Source of the DNA: Gekko japonicus | Taxonomy: Eukaryota | Assembly (NCBI RefSeq): GCF_001447785.1 | Contig: NW_015176475.1 | Span: 629,869-693,868 of the forward strand | Length of the DNA: 64,000 nucleotides | Direction of reading: 5' to 3' | In this document: positions 1 to 13,362 of the stretch, piece after piece | Numbering within the stretch: the first letter of the stretch is position 1 | Layout of the letters: each line of letters starts with the position of its first letter | Notes under the pieces: model-generated | What the model saw: only the letters and a program-made list of their open reading frames with translations | Told to the model about the DNA's origin: nothing | Databases searched by the model: none | Made by a program: the position numbers and the translations under genes

Positions 1-3000
1 AAACTCCCCCTGCACAAACTCCACTGACCCCTTGGAGGGCCATGGAACCGAATTCTACGGGGGCTGCTTCACTTGACTTTTCGAGCTGAGAGCAGCCACG
101 AGGTGTACCTCAGTCGCCTTCGCTGCATCCTATCCAGCTCACTGACTCTGAGCACGATATGGACTTGAAACAGACCTCCTGGTCTTCCAGTGTCAAAAGC
201 CTACACTCCGACCGCGGAGCCAAAGCCTTTGTCTGTCCTTCACAGCTCCGACCTGATGATCGAGAATGGCCATCGGCACCAATCCACCCCCCGCCGCCGC
301 CCTCCTGGAATCAACAGCAGTGGCAGTATATGTATGGGGCCTATCCATTCCCGGGCAGTATGCCATGGTTCCCATCCCAAACAATGGAATGGGACCGTAA
401 GTCCACTTCTTCCCATCTCTCCCAGTATTGAGATCCTCCATCGACATCGGAGTTTGTGAAGCCCCAACCGTTGAGGCCGACAGGCAAACCTAAACTGTCG
501 CATCTGGCAATTGCAAAGTTTAAAGATCCATCGAATCCAATTCCATCGACATTACCTATATCCTTTTCCGAACCGTCTGAGCATTCCGCCTCTTCCGACA
601 CTTCCTTCCAATAAGGGGATGAAAACCCCAATCCTCCAGTGGAACCCTCGCCACCTCAACAAGTGGGCGATGATCTTCCAATCTCCCTTTCGGAAGACTT
701 GAAATCCTACAGAGATTTCATCAAGCGGATGACTAACATGCTCACTATGTCTACAGTATAGCCCCCGCCTACTGTGACAGACTCCGTGTTCGATATCGTC
801 CAGATGGATACCTCTACCCTGATTACCTTACTGATGACTTCAGTCCTCCTTTAGGCGGCTAAAGTCCCATGGTCTCACCCGGCATCTGCCCCCGTCTCGA
901 GCCAGAGGGTAGATCATATGTATAAGGTGCAGGAGCAGGGTGCTGAATTTCTGTTTACCCACCTTAAACCTAATTCTATCGTAGTCACCTCCTCCTCCAA
1001 GGGCAGACGCAGTCATTCCACCCCCTCTGAGAAAGAAGGAAGGAAACTTGATTCGTTTCAAAGAAAATTTTATTCTGCGGGAGCACTTGGCATCAAGACC
1101 TCAAACTATACAGCATGTATGGGGAGATATCAGTTTTCTCTTTGGGAGCAGATGTCAACATTTATTGCAACCCTCCCTGAAGATGCTAACCGTCAGGCTC
1201 ACAGGATTCAGAAGGAGGGAATGCTTTTTGCTAAGTATCAGCTCAATGCAGCTATGCACACATTGGATGCGGCCGCCAAAACGCTGACTTCAGCAGTTAC
1301 CCTCCGATGTCATGCCTGGCTGGGTTCTACTTCCCTACCGCAGGACACCAGGACTCTCATTGGGGACCTTCCATTCGAAGGTGAGGGCCTTTTCAGTGCC
1401 ACGTCTGATACGGTCCTGCAAAGACTTAGACAAAAGTATAAAGACATCGTGAAATTTAGGAGCCACATTGGCCACATACCTCCGTCTCCAGAGTGTAGGG
1501 ATCTTTCCGTACATAGACAATTGGTTGCTGGTAGCAAGCTCCAGAGAGACTCTGCTCAACTATATCGATTTAACACTGGTCACTCTAGATGTGTTGAGCC
1601 TGAGGGTGAACCTGAAAAAGACAATGCTCCTTCCTTCATTGAGAGTCCAGTTTATCGGAGCAATTTTGGATTCGAGTGTCTGCCGAGCCTTTCTCCCTCC
1701 CAAAAGGGCGGAAGACATTATCGCTCTCATCAACCTGATAAAAACACAGGAAGATGTATCAGCAAAGCAGATTCAATGGCTCTTGGGTCTGATGGCTGCC
1801 ACCACAGCGGTACTTGTCTTCGCCAGACTACAGATGACGCCATTATCGCTCTCATCAACCTGATAAAAACACAGGGAGATGTATCAGCAAAGCAGATTCA
1901 ATGGCTCTTGGGTCTGATGGCTGCCACCAATGTTCCCTCTAAGCTGTGGGGTCCTGTGAGCAAAAATTCTACTTTGTGAGGTACTGTCATTAAAGTTGTG
2001 AGCAAGAGATTTGGCTGCTGGATAAACTAGTTTGCTCTGGAGCCATCCTTCCTGAGCCAAGACAAAAATGTGTGAGCCAGAGGCTCAAAAACTGTGAGCT
2101 AGCTCACACTAACTCAGCTTAGAGGGAACACTGGCTGCCACCACAGCGGTACTTGTCTTTGCCAGACTACAGATGACGCCAGTTCAGCTGTGGTTCCTCA
2201 AACGTTTCCATCCACAGTAGCAGCCCCAATCTCAACAGTTTGTACTACCTGTGCAAGTGCTGAATTCCCTACAGTGGTGGGAAACTCCAGACAAGCACTT
2301 TCAGGGAGCCCCATTTCTTGCACCCAGACCCAAACTGACCCTAACCACAGATGTATCCCTGTGGGGATGAGGGGCTCACCTCCAAGATGTATGTGTGGTC
2401 ACCAAATGGGAACCTCATGTGGCCCACAAACACATCAACTTCCTGGAACTGCTCGCCATCCAGTATGCCCTAAGTTCCTTTCGCTACCTCGTGGCTCACC
2501 TTACGGTGGCAATCCTTACAGACAGCACCACCGCACTGTGTTACCTGAACAGGCAAGGCAGGACAGTGTCCAGGGGACTCTGTCAACTTGCCCGGGAAAG
2601 TTGGACCGAGTGTCAATCCTGGGGCGTGTTCATCATTGCTGCTCACCTGCCAGGATCGCTCAATGTGCATGCAGACTTTCTGAGCAGAGGAGGTGCATCC
2701 CTCCACGAGTGGGAGCTCAACTGGGTGTACCTCCAACCAATTTTCCACAGATGGGTTCACCCAGAAATCGATGCATTTACGACATGTCAGAACGCAAAGT
2801 GTCGTCAAACTCACGGCGTGGAGGATCCCCTAGCACAGCTCAAAAACAGGATAGACCTTATTCTGTTGAACTGTCGGACGTTCGCGCTTCCTATGAAGGT
2901 AAGTGGAAGAAATTCCTGTCTTACCTTGAGTCATTGGGTTTACTATCGCCCCCTATGGACGTGAGGGTAGTTTTTGGATTTTTGTTGACCCACCTGGACC

Positions 3001-4251
3001 TGGGTCTTTGTTGCTCCTCTTTAAGAGTCTATTTAGCCGCCATTTCCACCAATCATCCTGTGGTGGATGGCTATTCTGTTTTTTCTCACCCGCAAATGAA
3101 GCAGTTTTTGAAGGGCCTCACTTGCCTCTTTCCTCCGGCTTGTAGGCCGACTCCCTCCTGGGACTTACCTCTAGTACTGTCCAAATTAACGGGCAAACCG
3201 TTTGAGCCCATGGCTACATCTAGTCTGCAGCTTCTTTCATGGAAGACTGCCTTCCTAGTAGCCATTGCCTCAGTAAGACGAGTAAGCGAATTGTCTGCAC
3301 TCCGCTGTGATTCTCCGTATTTGTTCTTTCACCATGATGGTGTCACCGTGGCCCCAGATGTCTCTTTCCTGCCCAAGGTTGTTTCCAAGTTCCATTTGCG
3401 AGCGGAGATTGCTCTTCCNNNNNNNNNNNNNNNNNNNNNNNNNNNNNNNNNNNGGAATGCCGTCTTCATACTGTAGACATCAAGAGAGCCACACTCTTCT
3501 GCCTCGAAAGGACAAGGTCACAGCCTTGTTCATCTCCTTTAGCACATCTGTGCTGGGGAAGAAGCTTTCTTCGCAACGTCTATCCAAGTGGATTGTGGAA
3601 ACTATCAAACTGTGCTACTTACTGTCCAAATGGCCACTTCCGGGCCCACTCCGAGCACATTCCACCCGGGCAGTAGCCACATCCACAGCCTTCCTGAGAG
3701 GTTCGTCACTCAGTGACATCTGTCAAGCAGCAACCTGGGCTACCCCCCACACGTTCGTGAAGCATTATGCCCTGGATGTGCATCTTCATCAACGTTCTGT
3801 GGTGGGATGGGCAGTGTTGCAGGCGGCGCAACTCTAGGACATTCAGCTCCCTCCTCCAGGTAGGCCTTTTTTTTTGCTTTGTAATCTCCCAGAGATGTGA
3901 TGCACAGAGAACACGAAGAAGATAAACAGGTTGCTTACCTGTAACTGATGATCTTCGAGTGGTCATCTGTGCATTCACACCACCCGCTCTCCTTCCTGTC
4001 TGCTTTTGGTCCTCTCCTTTTTATTACTCTGAGACTGATGGCAGCAGTCAGAAGGAACTGGCGGGATTGCCGTGCCCCTCCCTTGGTCATGTGCAGTGGA
4101 GCCGGCACGTGACTGGGGAGTGGGCGCAAAAATCTCTTTTGCTTTCAAGAGGAACCGATCAAGGTCGGCGCAGGCGCACTATACCCCAGAGGTGTGAATG
4201 CACAGATGACCACTCGAAGATCATCAGTTAAAGGTAAGCAGCCTGGTTTTC
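1..4251 (+). mobile_element. DIRS-type tyrosine-recombinase retrotransposon (family A), 5' part outside window, degenerate with internal deletions
   Basis: Gag-like ORF 918-1470. RT C-terminal part (GIFPYIDNWLL) from 1468. RNase H (HINFLELLAI, TDSTTAL, NRQG) 2395-2800. YR with SVRRVSEL, RAHSTR and TFVKHY at 2880-3837. ICR ~3886-3980, whose second half is the reverse complement of the right end 4193-4251. Confidence 0.95.
1928..2133. mobile_element. hAT-type MITE inserted in the DIRS element
   Basis: TIRs CAATGTTCCCTCTAAGCTG / CAGCTTAGAGGGAACACTG; 8-bp TSD GCTGCCAC at 1920-1927 and 2134-2141. Confidence 0.9.
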
Positions 4252-4668
4252 ATTGCCCAATATTATGTTTTGTTTAGTTTTTGTAGAAGCCTCAAAAATG
4301 ACTTTAATGTAGCTAATTTTTTTTCTATGGAAGTTCTCAGCATCTGTTTCCAATTACATTTTCCCTTTAAGTCTGTATTGATGTTGTGAACATAATCACT
4401 CCAATAGCTTTGGCGCTATTTTTATAATGAGTAGTTTAATGCACACCAGATGGTGGCTTGGATTTTAACATTTTGTTGAGAAAACTTCCATCTAAGTTAG
4501 AGTGTGTTATGAATTTTCATCTGATTAAAGTCAGTAGACAAAATAAGAAATCAATAAAAATGGATTTTATGGATGTAGCTGCAATTACTGTGACTCTTAA
4601 TTTCAGCTAAATTATATTAATCCCTTAATTTCCCAATTTAAAGGCTGCAATGTACATATTGGTAATAA

Positions 4669-4791
<123 letters not shown>

Positions 4792-5821
4792 TGATATTTC
4801 TTTTCAATCTGTATTTGAAACGCTTTGGTTAAAACTTAGTGGACAATTCTTTTAGATAGTGTTGGGAAATGTTGGGCTCATCATACTTTTGGTGTGAGGA
4901 CCAGAGAGGTGACTGACCCTTTTCCATAAATAAGTTTCTAGATTTGCCTATCTTCCAGAATGTCTTTGTTCCCAGAACTCCAAATCATAAATTGAACCAG
5001 GCAGGAATCTTTCAATATGGTTCTTCAGTATTTTGGAATAGGCAGTCTATGGCAGTTAATTGTTTGAAATATTTGGTTATAAATGAAATATGCACATATG
5101 TAGTAATGGCAGACTTTATGAGTACTTTCACTAACAATCCAAAAGAAATAGGATTAAACAGGAAATAATTTAACAGTAAAGGTTATTAACAAATTATCAT
5201 GACTGAAAGGCCCACTCTAGGAGCCAAACTTTCAACCTTCAGGATTTTGTATTTTAATGTGAAATATTCTTCTTATTGCTACTACAAAACCTAATTCTAA
5301 CGTTCATTTTTGCATAATTTTGCGAAAGCAATGATGTGTTGCCATATATAAATACTCTGGTCCATCACCACAACAAAAAGGTGACCTCTGATTCCAGCCC
5401 CTTCCAAATTCCTCATTATTATTGTTTTAAAGAGCTCTTTTTAATTTTTTCTTTCTTTCAAAACAGAGTCAAACAAAGGGAAAAAACTCAAAATCCAAAA
5501 ACTAAATAGTGTTAAAGAAAAAGATAAGATATACACAGAGACAAAAATATAACAGTGGTAGCAGATCTACACAGTCTACATGCAAAATAAATCCATACAC
5601 AATTGTCGTCTATATGCCATATGTTCAAATATTGATAGAGTTCTAAGATCGTTATTCCACTGATTTGTTAGAGGTAGAGTTTTGTCTTTCCAGTGTCGTA
5701 GTAAGAGTCTTTTAGGTGTAGTACAAGTGGGAACCCGCAAGGACTTGTGGGAGGCATCTCATTTCCCCCACTATTTCCTCTTACCTTTTCCTGAAAGACC
5801 ACATAGCCTCTCCCCATTTCC

Positions 5822-6332
5822 TTAGGGTTGCCAGCTCCAGGTTGAGAAATTCCTGGAAATTTGGGGGTGGAGACTTGGGAGGCAAGGTTTGGGAATGGAA
5901 ATGTCTTCAGCAGTGTGTAATGCCATATAGTCTACCCTGGAGGCTGGTAACCCTAGTTCTCATGGAGGAAATGGCTGCTTTGAAGGGTGGAATCTATGAC
6001 ATTACACTCTTCTGAGGTCCCTCCCCTCCTCAAACCCCAGCCTCCCCAGGCTCCACTCATCAAATATTCAAGTATCCGGTGGTATCAAATCACCCAGAAG
6101 TTGTTGCCGGGCCTTGGGTTGCCAGCCTCAAGGTGGGACCTGGACATCTCCAAAATTACAACTGAACTCCAGATGACTGAGATCTGTCCCTCTGTTGAGA
6201 AAATGGCTCCTTTGGAGGGTGTATTCTGTAGCATTATATCTGGCTGAGGCTTCTCCTCTCCCCAAACCCTGGCCTCCTCAGAACTGACTACAACAGCTCT
6301 AGGAATTTCTTAACCTGGCGCTAACAACCCTG
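5822..6332. repeat. Degenerate non-autonomous DNA-transposon-like repeat(s) with TAGGGTTGCCA-type ends
   Basis: TAGGGTTGCCAG at 5822, internal inverted copies (GGTAACCCTA ~5946, GGGTTGCCAG ~6116) and CAACCCTG ~6326; similar end at 62859. Confidence 0.55.
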
Positions 6333-7130
6333 CCTAGGTCTGGCCCCAATGAATCCCTTGAGCTCTGCCCCCTCCCCTTGCCTTTTATTCATAGAACCTA
6401 GCTTGGAAAGCTATGGTTGCCTATCAGCAGCCACTTAGCTACAGGCTCTCCTTTAATCATTTTGGGATTTTAACCCCCCCCCCCACTTATTTCTTTTTCT
6501 TTTTTAGAGAGGGAGAAAGAAAGAGTTTTCATCCCCTCTTCTCTTTCACAGAGCATCTCCTGCACTACAATCTTCAAAGCAACCCTGTGCATCAGAAACC
6601 ACTGCATCCTGGCATTCAAAAGGTTAAGTCTGCTATAGTGGGAGGGGAGGAAAGAATGGGGCTGGCATAATTAGTCTCTCTCTCTCTCTCTCTCTCAGCC
6701 CCGTTGCACTGTAGAGGAAAGAAACATCCATCTCTTTCTAGCTTAAATCACTTCTACAAGACTGGGGGCCATGTCCAGTAGCAGTCCAAGGCTAAAAGGC
6801 AGTTTAGACTCAAGGTGCCACGCAAGACATTAAACACAACGCTTAGATGGTGAGAGGAGCTCCTCTCCAAAATATCTCACTTGGGCTTTTACCGATCTTG
6901 GAAAGTGTAAATAAAGCCACATGGTACTGCAGAGGAGCAGAGCGAGCAGCTTAGGAAGCCTCCGGCCAAGTAGAGTCCACCCGCAGAGCCTCACCATACA
7001 CAGACGTGCACGGATGGCTAATAGATCTCCAGGTAGAGGCTGCAGGGACGGTTTCTGAGGCAATGGTTTGTGCGGAGGGCTGTAGCCATCGGCGGTTGTC
7101 CTCGTGGCTCTAACAGCTTCTCCCAGTGTT

Positions 7131-8290
7131 CTTTTTTTTATATATATATAATTTTTTATTATTTTTTTACTACAAACACTACAAATACTACAACACTAAC
7201 ACTATACCTAAAATAAGCTACACAAGGATCATATATAATGATTAAATGCATATTTAGTAAGGCTCTCTCTATAAAAATAGTTTTTGGAATATAGCTAATT
7301 TCTACTGCTTCTATTACAGACTGATAATTATGTAATTGAATCAAGTAAATACAGTAAGATTTTTAGACTTTTACAATTCTACTAAATCTGTTTCCTTTCT
7401 TTATCTTTCGTCTTTGTATATTTCCATTTGACTTTCAGGACCTTTGGGACTGCTTCCCCTAATTCTGATTCAGAGTCTTCTTCTGGATTACTGCTTGCTG
7501 TTGATTCAGATTCTTCTGTCCCATGTCTACTGCTTTTTTCTTCAATGTTTTGTTCCTCTGCTGTATCTTTTTTATTCACTGGTCTTTGTCGCTGTTCCAA
7601 GAACAGCTTCGCTTTTAAAACAGAGTCTATCAGTTCTTTTTTATCCTTGTAGTTGAAGACCAATCCTTCGGGTACTATCCATCTGTAGGGGGTGGAGTTT
7701 TTCTGCAAGAAGCTGGTTAAATTTTTGTATTGTGTCCTCTTTCTTCTTATTTCAAATGGAATGTCTTTTAAGACTCTGATTTCTTCGTCTTTGATTTTTA
7801 AGGTAGTCCCATTTGTGGCCTTGAGCACCACGTCTCTTGTTGATCTTTTAGAGAATCTCACCACTATCTCCCCAGGCAGGTTCTTTTTCTCAATAAATTC
7901 TGGATATATCCAATAGACTAAGTCCAGGTCGCTTTGCAATGTGTCCGCCGTTAAACCTGTAATTGAGGCCAATGCTTCACTTAATATTTCTTTCAAATTC
8001 TCATCTTGCTGTTCAGGAACACCTTGAAATCTCAGAAAATATGCTGATTTTTCCATTTGTAGTCTTAAAAGTTGGTCTTTATCAGAGGATCTTTGTTTTT
8101 TCATCACCTCCAGTCTTTGATCAGTCTCTTTTACTTTGACTTCAACCTTTTTCACTGATTTTACTGTCTCCTCTGTTTTTAAACTCATCTCTTCAAGCTG
8201 TTTTTGGATCTCATCCAACTTCTTGTTGGTATTAGTCATCTGCTCCAGCAGGGGGTGCAATGTAGTGGCCAACATGTTCGAAAAGGCCAC
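7131..8290 (-). mobile_element. L1-derived ORF1-only element (HAL1-like or prematurely polyadenylated L1), 5'-truncated
   Basis: Uninterrupted ORF1p frame (coiled coil, LRFQGVPE, EIVVRF, RVLKDIP, YRWIVPEGL), stop at 7382, ~250-nt AT-rich 3' region, then an A-rich tail at 7131-7170; no ORF2. Confidence 0.8.
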
Positions 8291-9464
8291 CATCATTGAA
8301 TGGCATAAAGTTAAATTTTCATATAAACTAATAATGGTAAGGAAGTCGTGCACATTTATTTTTACATGCAACAAAGCATTCTGATGCAAAATGGCAGATA
8401 AACTTTGGGTTGGATCCAGGTAGCTTTTTCACTTAATCTCAACAAATTCCTTTCCTTATTACAGTCTCTGTTCCACACTGTTTTTGACCATGCAGGTCAT
8501 AGGATCCCAAATATAGCCTTTTTCTGGTCAAATGGTGGACCCTTCCTCTCTTTGTCATCAGTGAAAAACAGGTTGGATCTTTGATTGAGAATTGCTGTGA
8601 GATGCTACAATAAATCCATTGCTTAAAATACTAGGCACCACAGTGACTTTTCTAGGTTTCATAGCAGCCTGGTACCTGGGATTTGTTGAGACCCAATTTT
8701 AGTTTTCAGGTACATTAGCAACCTATTCCAGTTCAGCTCGACTAAGGTTGTTTCACAGTTGTGTTGATAGCAGATACCCCGGAGTGGTCATCTTATTGTT
8801 GGTGTAGAAGTGATTTCTCTGTCACCCCCTACGTAATTTTAATGGATTAAACTACAAATTAAGATTCAGAACTTTGAAGTCATTTTATCTTTTTCTGCTT
8901 TGCACCTGAAATTTTTTAAGTGCTGATGCACTATGGGTTTGGCCCAAATTTTGAGTAATAAGCCAGTAAATAAGCTACTGGTCATACACGTACCATCTGA
9001 AACTGCTTATCTCTTGCATTGGAACAGTATCATTTGTTTTACTTATTTTGGGATTTGTAACCTACCTTTCTTAGGTTCAGAATGGCTCACATAAAGTCAA
9101 CAATACAGCTCCAATAAAAACTATTCAAATTACTGAAATGTTTGCAATAAAATATTACCACAGCTCTAAAATCACATACCCTAAAAGCTTCATCAACTCC
9201 AGTTATAGATTAAAACTGTTCAAAAAGGGATATTCCATAGGTTCTAGAGAAATTAAAGAGGCTGCCTTCCTTAACTCTGCAAGGAAGATAGCCAGCACAT
9301 TTGCTGCAATACAGGTTGAATATGACCCTGACAGAAGGGTAGCAGCAGCTGAAATCTGTACGAGATGGAGTTTCCAGATCCACCCCACACCCCACACAGA
9401 ACATGTTGTAGTCAAATCTGGAAGTTATTGATGCATGGATGAATATGGAAAAATTAGATATGTC

Positions 9465-9700
9465 AGAGAGCCAATGTGGTGTAGTGGCTAGAATGCTGGG
9501 CTAGGATCTAGGAGACCAAAGTTTGGATCTCCACTTTTCCTGAAAAGCTTGCTGGGTGACCTTGGGATAGTCACATACTCTCAGTATAACCTACCTCTCA
9601 GGGTTGTTCTTGTGAGGATAAAATGGAGCAGAGGAGAACAATGTAAGCCACTTTGGGTCTCCATGGGAGAAAGTCAGGATATAAATGGAATAAATAAATG
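9465..9700 (+). mobile_element. tRNA-derived SINE
   Basis: GAGAGCCAATGTGGTGTAGTGG head (A-box-like), degenerate B-box, A-rich tail; related to the copies at 15943 and 17684. Confidence 0.75.
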
Positions 9701-10179
9701 AGTATGTCTAGGAGGGATAAAATTCTCCACAAGATGATTCAGTTTAAGCTTGTTGAACTTCATTCATCCACTTGACCATGGCTTCTGGACTTGGGTTAAA
9801 GATAGAGATAAATGTTCCTGGCTGTTAGAAAAATGTAGAGCTGGGTGTCATTAACATATTGATGATTCTGATTTCCACATTTCCTATGACCAAATGTATC
9901 AAAGGTTACTGTAAGATCTAATGGTTAACACCGAGATATTCTTTATGACCATTGTAAATATAGATCACCAGAGCTATTGAAGTAAATTCCATGCTGTTGT
10001 TTGTATTGATTTACACTGTGTAATCTGCTTTGACTGTTGATGAGAAAGATGCACTATAAATAACATAAACAAATCATTTTGGTCAGGTATACTAGCTTTT
10101 TTGAGGGGTATTTTTTGTATTTTTAATGCATGTGTGTGTGATTGTGTGTGCACCTGGAAGTGATGGTGACCTCTGGTGA

Positions 10180-10997
10180 AAGGCAAATGTGATTTTGGGC
10201 TGTATCAACAGAGGTATAGTGTCCAGATCCTGCAAAGTGATGGTATTGCTTTACTCTGCTCTTGTGTTAGACCTCACCTAGAGTATTGTGTTCAGTTTTG
10301 GGCACCACAATTTAAGAAGGATATAGACAAGCTGGAGCGTATCCAGAGGAGGGAAATGAAGATGGTGAGGGGTCTGGAGACCAAGTCCTGTGAGGAAAGG
10401 CTGAAGGAGCTGCATATGTTTAGGAGACGACTGAGAGGTGATATGATAACCATCTTCAAGTACTTGAAGGGTTGTCATATAGAGGATGGTGTGGAGTTGT
10501 TTTCTGTTGCCCCAGAAGGTCGGACCAGAACCAATGAGTTGGAATTAAATCCAAAGAGTTTTCGGCTAAACATTAGGAAGAACTTCCTGACAGAGTGGTT
10601 CCTCAGTAGAACAGGCGTCCTTGGGAGGTGGTGGGCTCTCCTTCTTTGGCGGTTTATAAAAAGAGACTAGATGGCCATCTGACCACAATGCTGATTCTGT
10701 AAACTGAAGCAGATCATGAGAGGGAGGGCAGGAAGGGTTGTATCAGTGCTTAGTTCTTTTGGCCCTTTCTTACGTGCCCAGGAAAATGCTGATTGCCACT
10801 TTGGGGTCAGGCAGCATTTTTTCTCCAGGTCAGGGATCCTGGAGGGTTTTTTGCCATCTTCTGGGAATGGAGATGGGGTCACTGGATGTGTGTGTGTGTG
10901 GGGGGGGAGGTATTTGTGAATTTCCTGCATTGTTCAGGGGGTTGGACTAGATGGCCAACTCTATGATTCTGTTATTCTAACTCTGTGATTCTATGAC
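10180..10997 (+). mobile_element. CR1 LINE 3' fragment
   Basis: [28 protein letters not shown] and RRLRGDMITIFKYLKG; (ATTCTRTG)-type tail; flanked by a 37-nt duplication 10143-10179 / 11002-11038. Confidence 0.95.
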
Positions 10998-11159
10998 TGA
11001 CTGTGTGTGCACTTGGTAGTCATGGTGACCTCTGGTGACTCACCCCTACTGGGGGCCTAGAGGATATTTACAGAGGTGGCTGAATAAAGCCTGCCCCCGC
11101 CTCCTGCTTTTTTATTTTTTTATTTTTTTATTTTTTTTATTATAAAAACCCGCCTCCTG

Positions 11160-11678
11160 CTAGGTCAGGTATTGATCCAGGCTGATCTTGCGCAATCCTT
11201 AAAACTTCGCTCTTGCTCATTAGTGAGACTTCTGAGCCTGCATTTCATCCACCAGCTTTTTGAAGTTGGGTGAATATTGTGTGAGGGCCAGTCTCAGGGA
11301 ATCCTGGAGATGTTCATCTGTCATGTTGGAATGCTGTGTACTCTTTGTCATTTTCAGATGGGAAAACGCAGATTCACAAAAATAAGTTGAACCGAAACAG
11401 GAGTGTACAGCTTCACTGCATCTTCTCAAGTTGGGAAATTTGTCTCTAGGCACTAGCTTCCAAAACAATTCTTGCTCAGCACGGGTCAATACTTGCTCAG
11501 CACGGGTCTTGAGAAAAATGTCATTTTAAGGGTTAATATTTCATTTTCAAAAGAAATATCATCAAAAAACCCCAAACACCTGTCCAGCAAACCAGGAGAC
11601 CAAGTGGGGCTGGTGATCTACCTCTGACCCCTCTGCGATCTACTGGTAGATCACGATCTACCTGTTGGACATACCTGG
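11160..11678 (-). mobile_element. hAT/Charlie-like transposon remnant (transposase C-terminal dimerisation region plus one end)
   Basis: ORF 11220-11489 FWKLVPRDKFPNLR...FGSTYFCESAFSHLK...MTDEHL; CAGG-type terminus at ~11678. Confidence 0.8.
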
Positions 11679-11913
11679 TATACTCCATAGGGGTAAGGCT
11701 GCTCTCACAATTCTACATTTGGAAACTGTATTTGACTTTGAACAACTTCATAGGTGCTATTTTAAAGTACTCAACACTAAAATTATCTTGTGCTGCTTGG
11801 CACAACAAAAAGAACATGTGTAGGAAGAGGAGGAGGAAATATTAATTCCGGCACAGCAATTTACTGCTTTTTTTTTTCCAGGAGCAATTTTTTCCTTTGT
11901 ATAAGATGCTTAG

Positions 11914-12093
<180 letters not shown>

Positions 12094-12186
12094 TGAATAA
12101 AAGCAAAAATAATTCCTTGGCTTTCTATGTATTTGATAAAAGGAGAAATGATGTTCAACTACTGTTTGTATTGAGACCATCCAGAG

Positions 12187-13362
12187 TAGTGATGGGCATG
12201 AACCAGAAAATTCCGGTTCGGTTCAGTGTGGTTCCAAACTGAACCCCTAACTGAGCAAAAATGCCTGAACCAGCAAGCCGCAGCTGGGGAAGGGGGGGGG
12301 GGAAGCGCCGGGGAAGGGTTGTGGCTCACAGCCTATTCCATAAATTTATTCCATAAATTTTCAGCAACCACACAGAATATGAGAAAACAACACCTGTCTT
12401 CTGTTTATATATATTTGTTACTGGATGTGTGTGCATTTTTCATCATAGTATTATTGTCCACTGAGGAAGGCCCTAGAGGCCAAAACATGTATGGTCCTCG
12501 TGGTCATTTGATATATGCATCAACTATATGTATAATCATCAACTCTGTACGTAAAATGACTAAAGCTTATTTCAAGCTCATGTTGATGTTCTATGAAGTC
12601 TGACCTTCAGACCATTTGTTTTTAATCTTTTAATATTTGCTGTTGTGTACACCATAAAAATATTTTTGATAATATTTATCTTTAAATTAGCGAGACATTT
12701 CTAACAGTGCTGCTTAAATGAATGCAAGCCATTTCAGCAATCCCTTTTGCTCCCCCCTATGATCCCTTTCACTTTCTCTCTGCTTGAAAGTGGTGGGGAG
12801 CAAACGGGATCACTAAAATGGCTTACATCCCTTTCAGCCTAACAGAGGATGAGTGTGCCAACCCTGCTGTTAGGTTTAAATGGATGGAAGCCATTTCAGC
12901 AATCCCTCTCACTCCCGCTTCCAAGTAGGGGGGAGCGAAAAGGATCACTGAAATCCATTTCAGCCTAATAGCAGATGGATGCACCAGCCCCACTGTTAGG
13001 CTGAAATGGATGTAAGCCATTTCAGCGATCCCTTTCACTTCCCTGTGCTTGGAAGCAGGGGGGAGTGAGAAAGATCACTGAAATGGCTTGCAGCCATTTA
13101 AACTCAACAGCAGATGGGTGCACCCATTGCTTAAATGTTTAAATGGCTGCAAGCCATTTCAGCAATCCTTCTTACTGCCCTCCACTTCCAAGTGGGAGGA
13201 GTAAAAGGGATCGCTGAAATGGCTTGCAAATATTTCTGCCGGGTATGGTGCCGACACACCCCACCATGAGACTCATGAACCTTCGAAAACCACATGTAGT
13301 GTTGTGGGAGGGTCATTGAGGTGAGATCACATGAACCTCGGCTCACGAACCACCACCCAGAA
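12187..13362. mobile_element. Non-autonomous hAT-like element with an internal array of inverted repeats
   Basis: TAGTGATGGGCATGAACC end, same type as the MITE at 23190; GCCATTTCAGCAATCCC and its complement alternate over 12705-13230. Right boundary approximate. Confidence 0.6.

Noticed and set aside
918-3476. 353-aa and 428-aa ORFs as novel genes
   Set aside because: They are frame mosaics of decayed DIRS gag, RT, RNase H and YR created by deletions, a duplication and a MITE.
8290-8389. N-terminal extension of the L1 ORF1 frame
   Set aside because: Starts at TTG in AT-rich flank; similarity to the other ORF1 copy is lost beyond ~8290.
12705-13230. CRISPR-like repeat-spacer array
   Set aside because: Eukaryotic context, alternating orientation, degenerate repeats and no cas genes.
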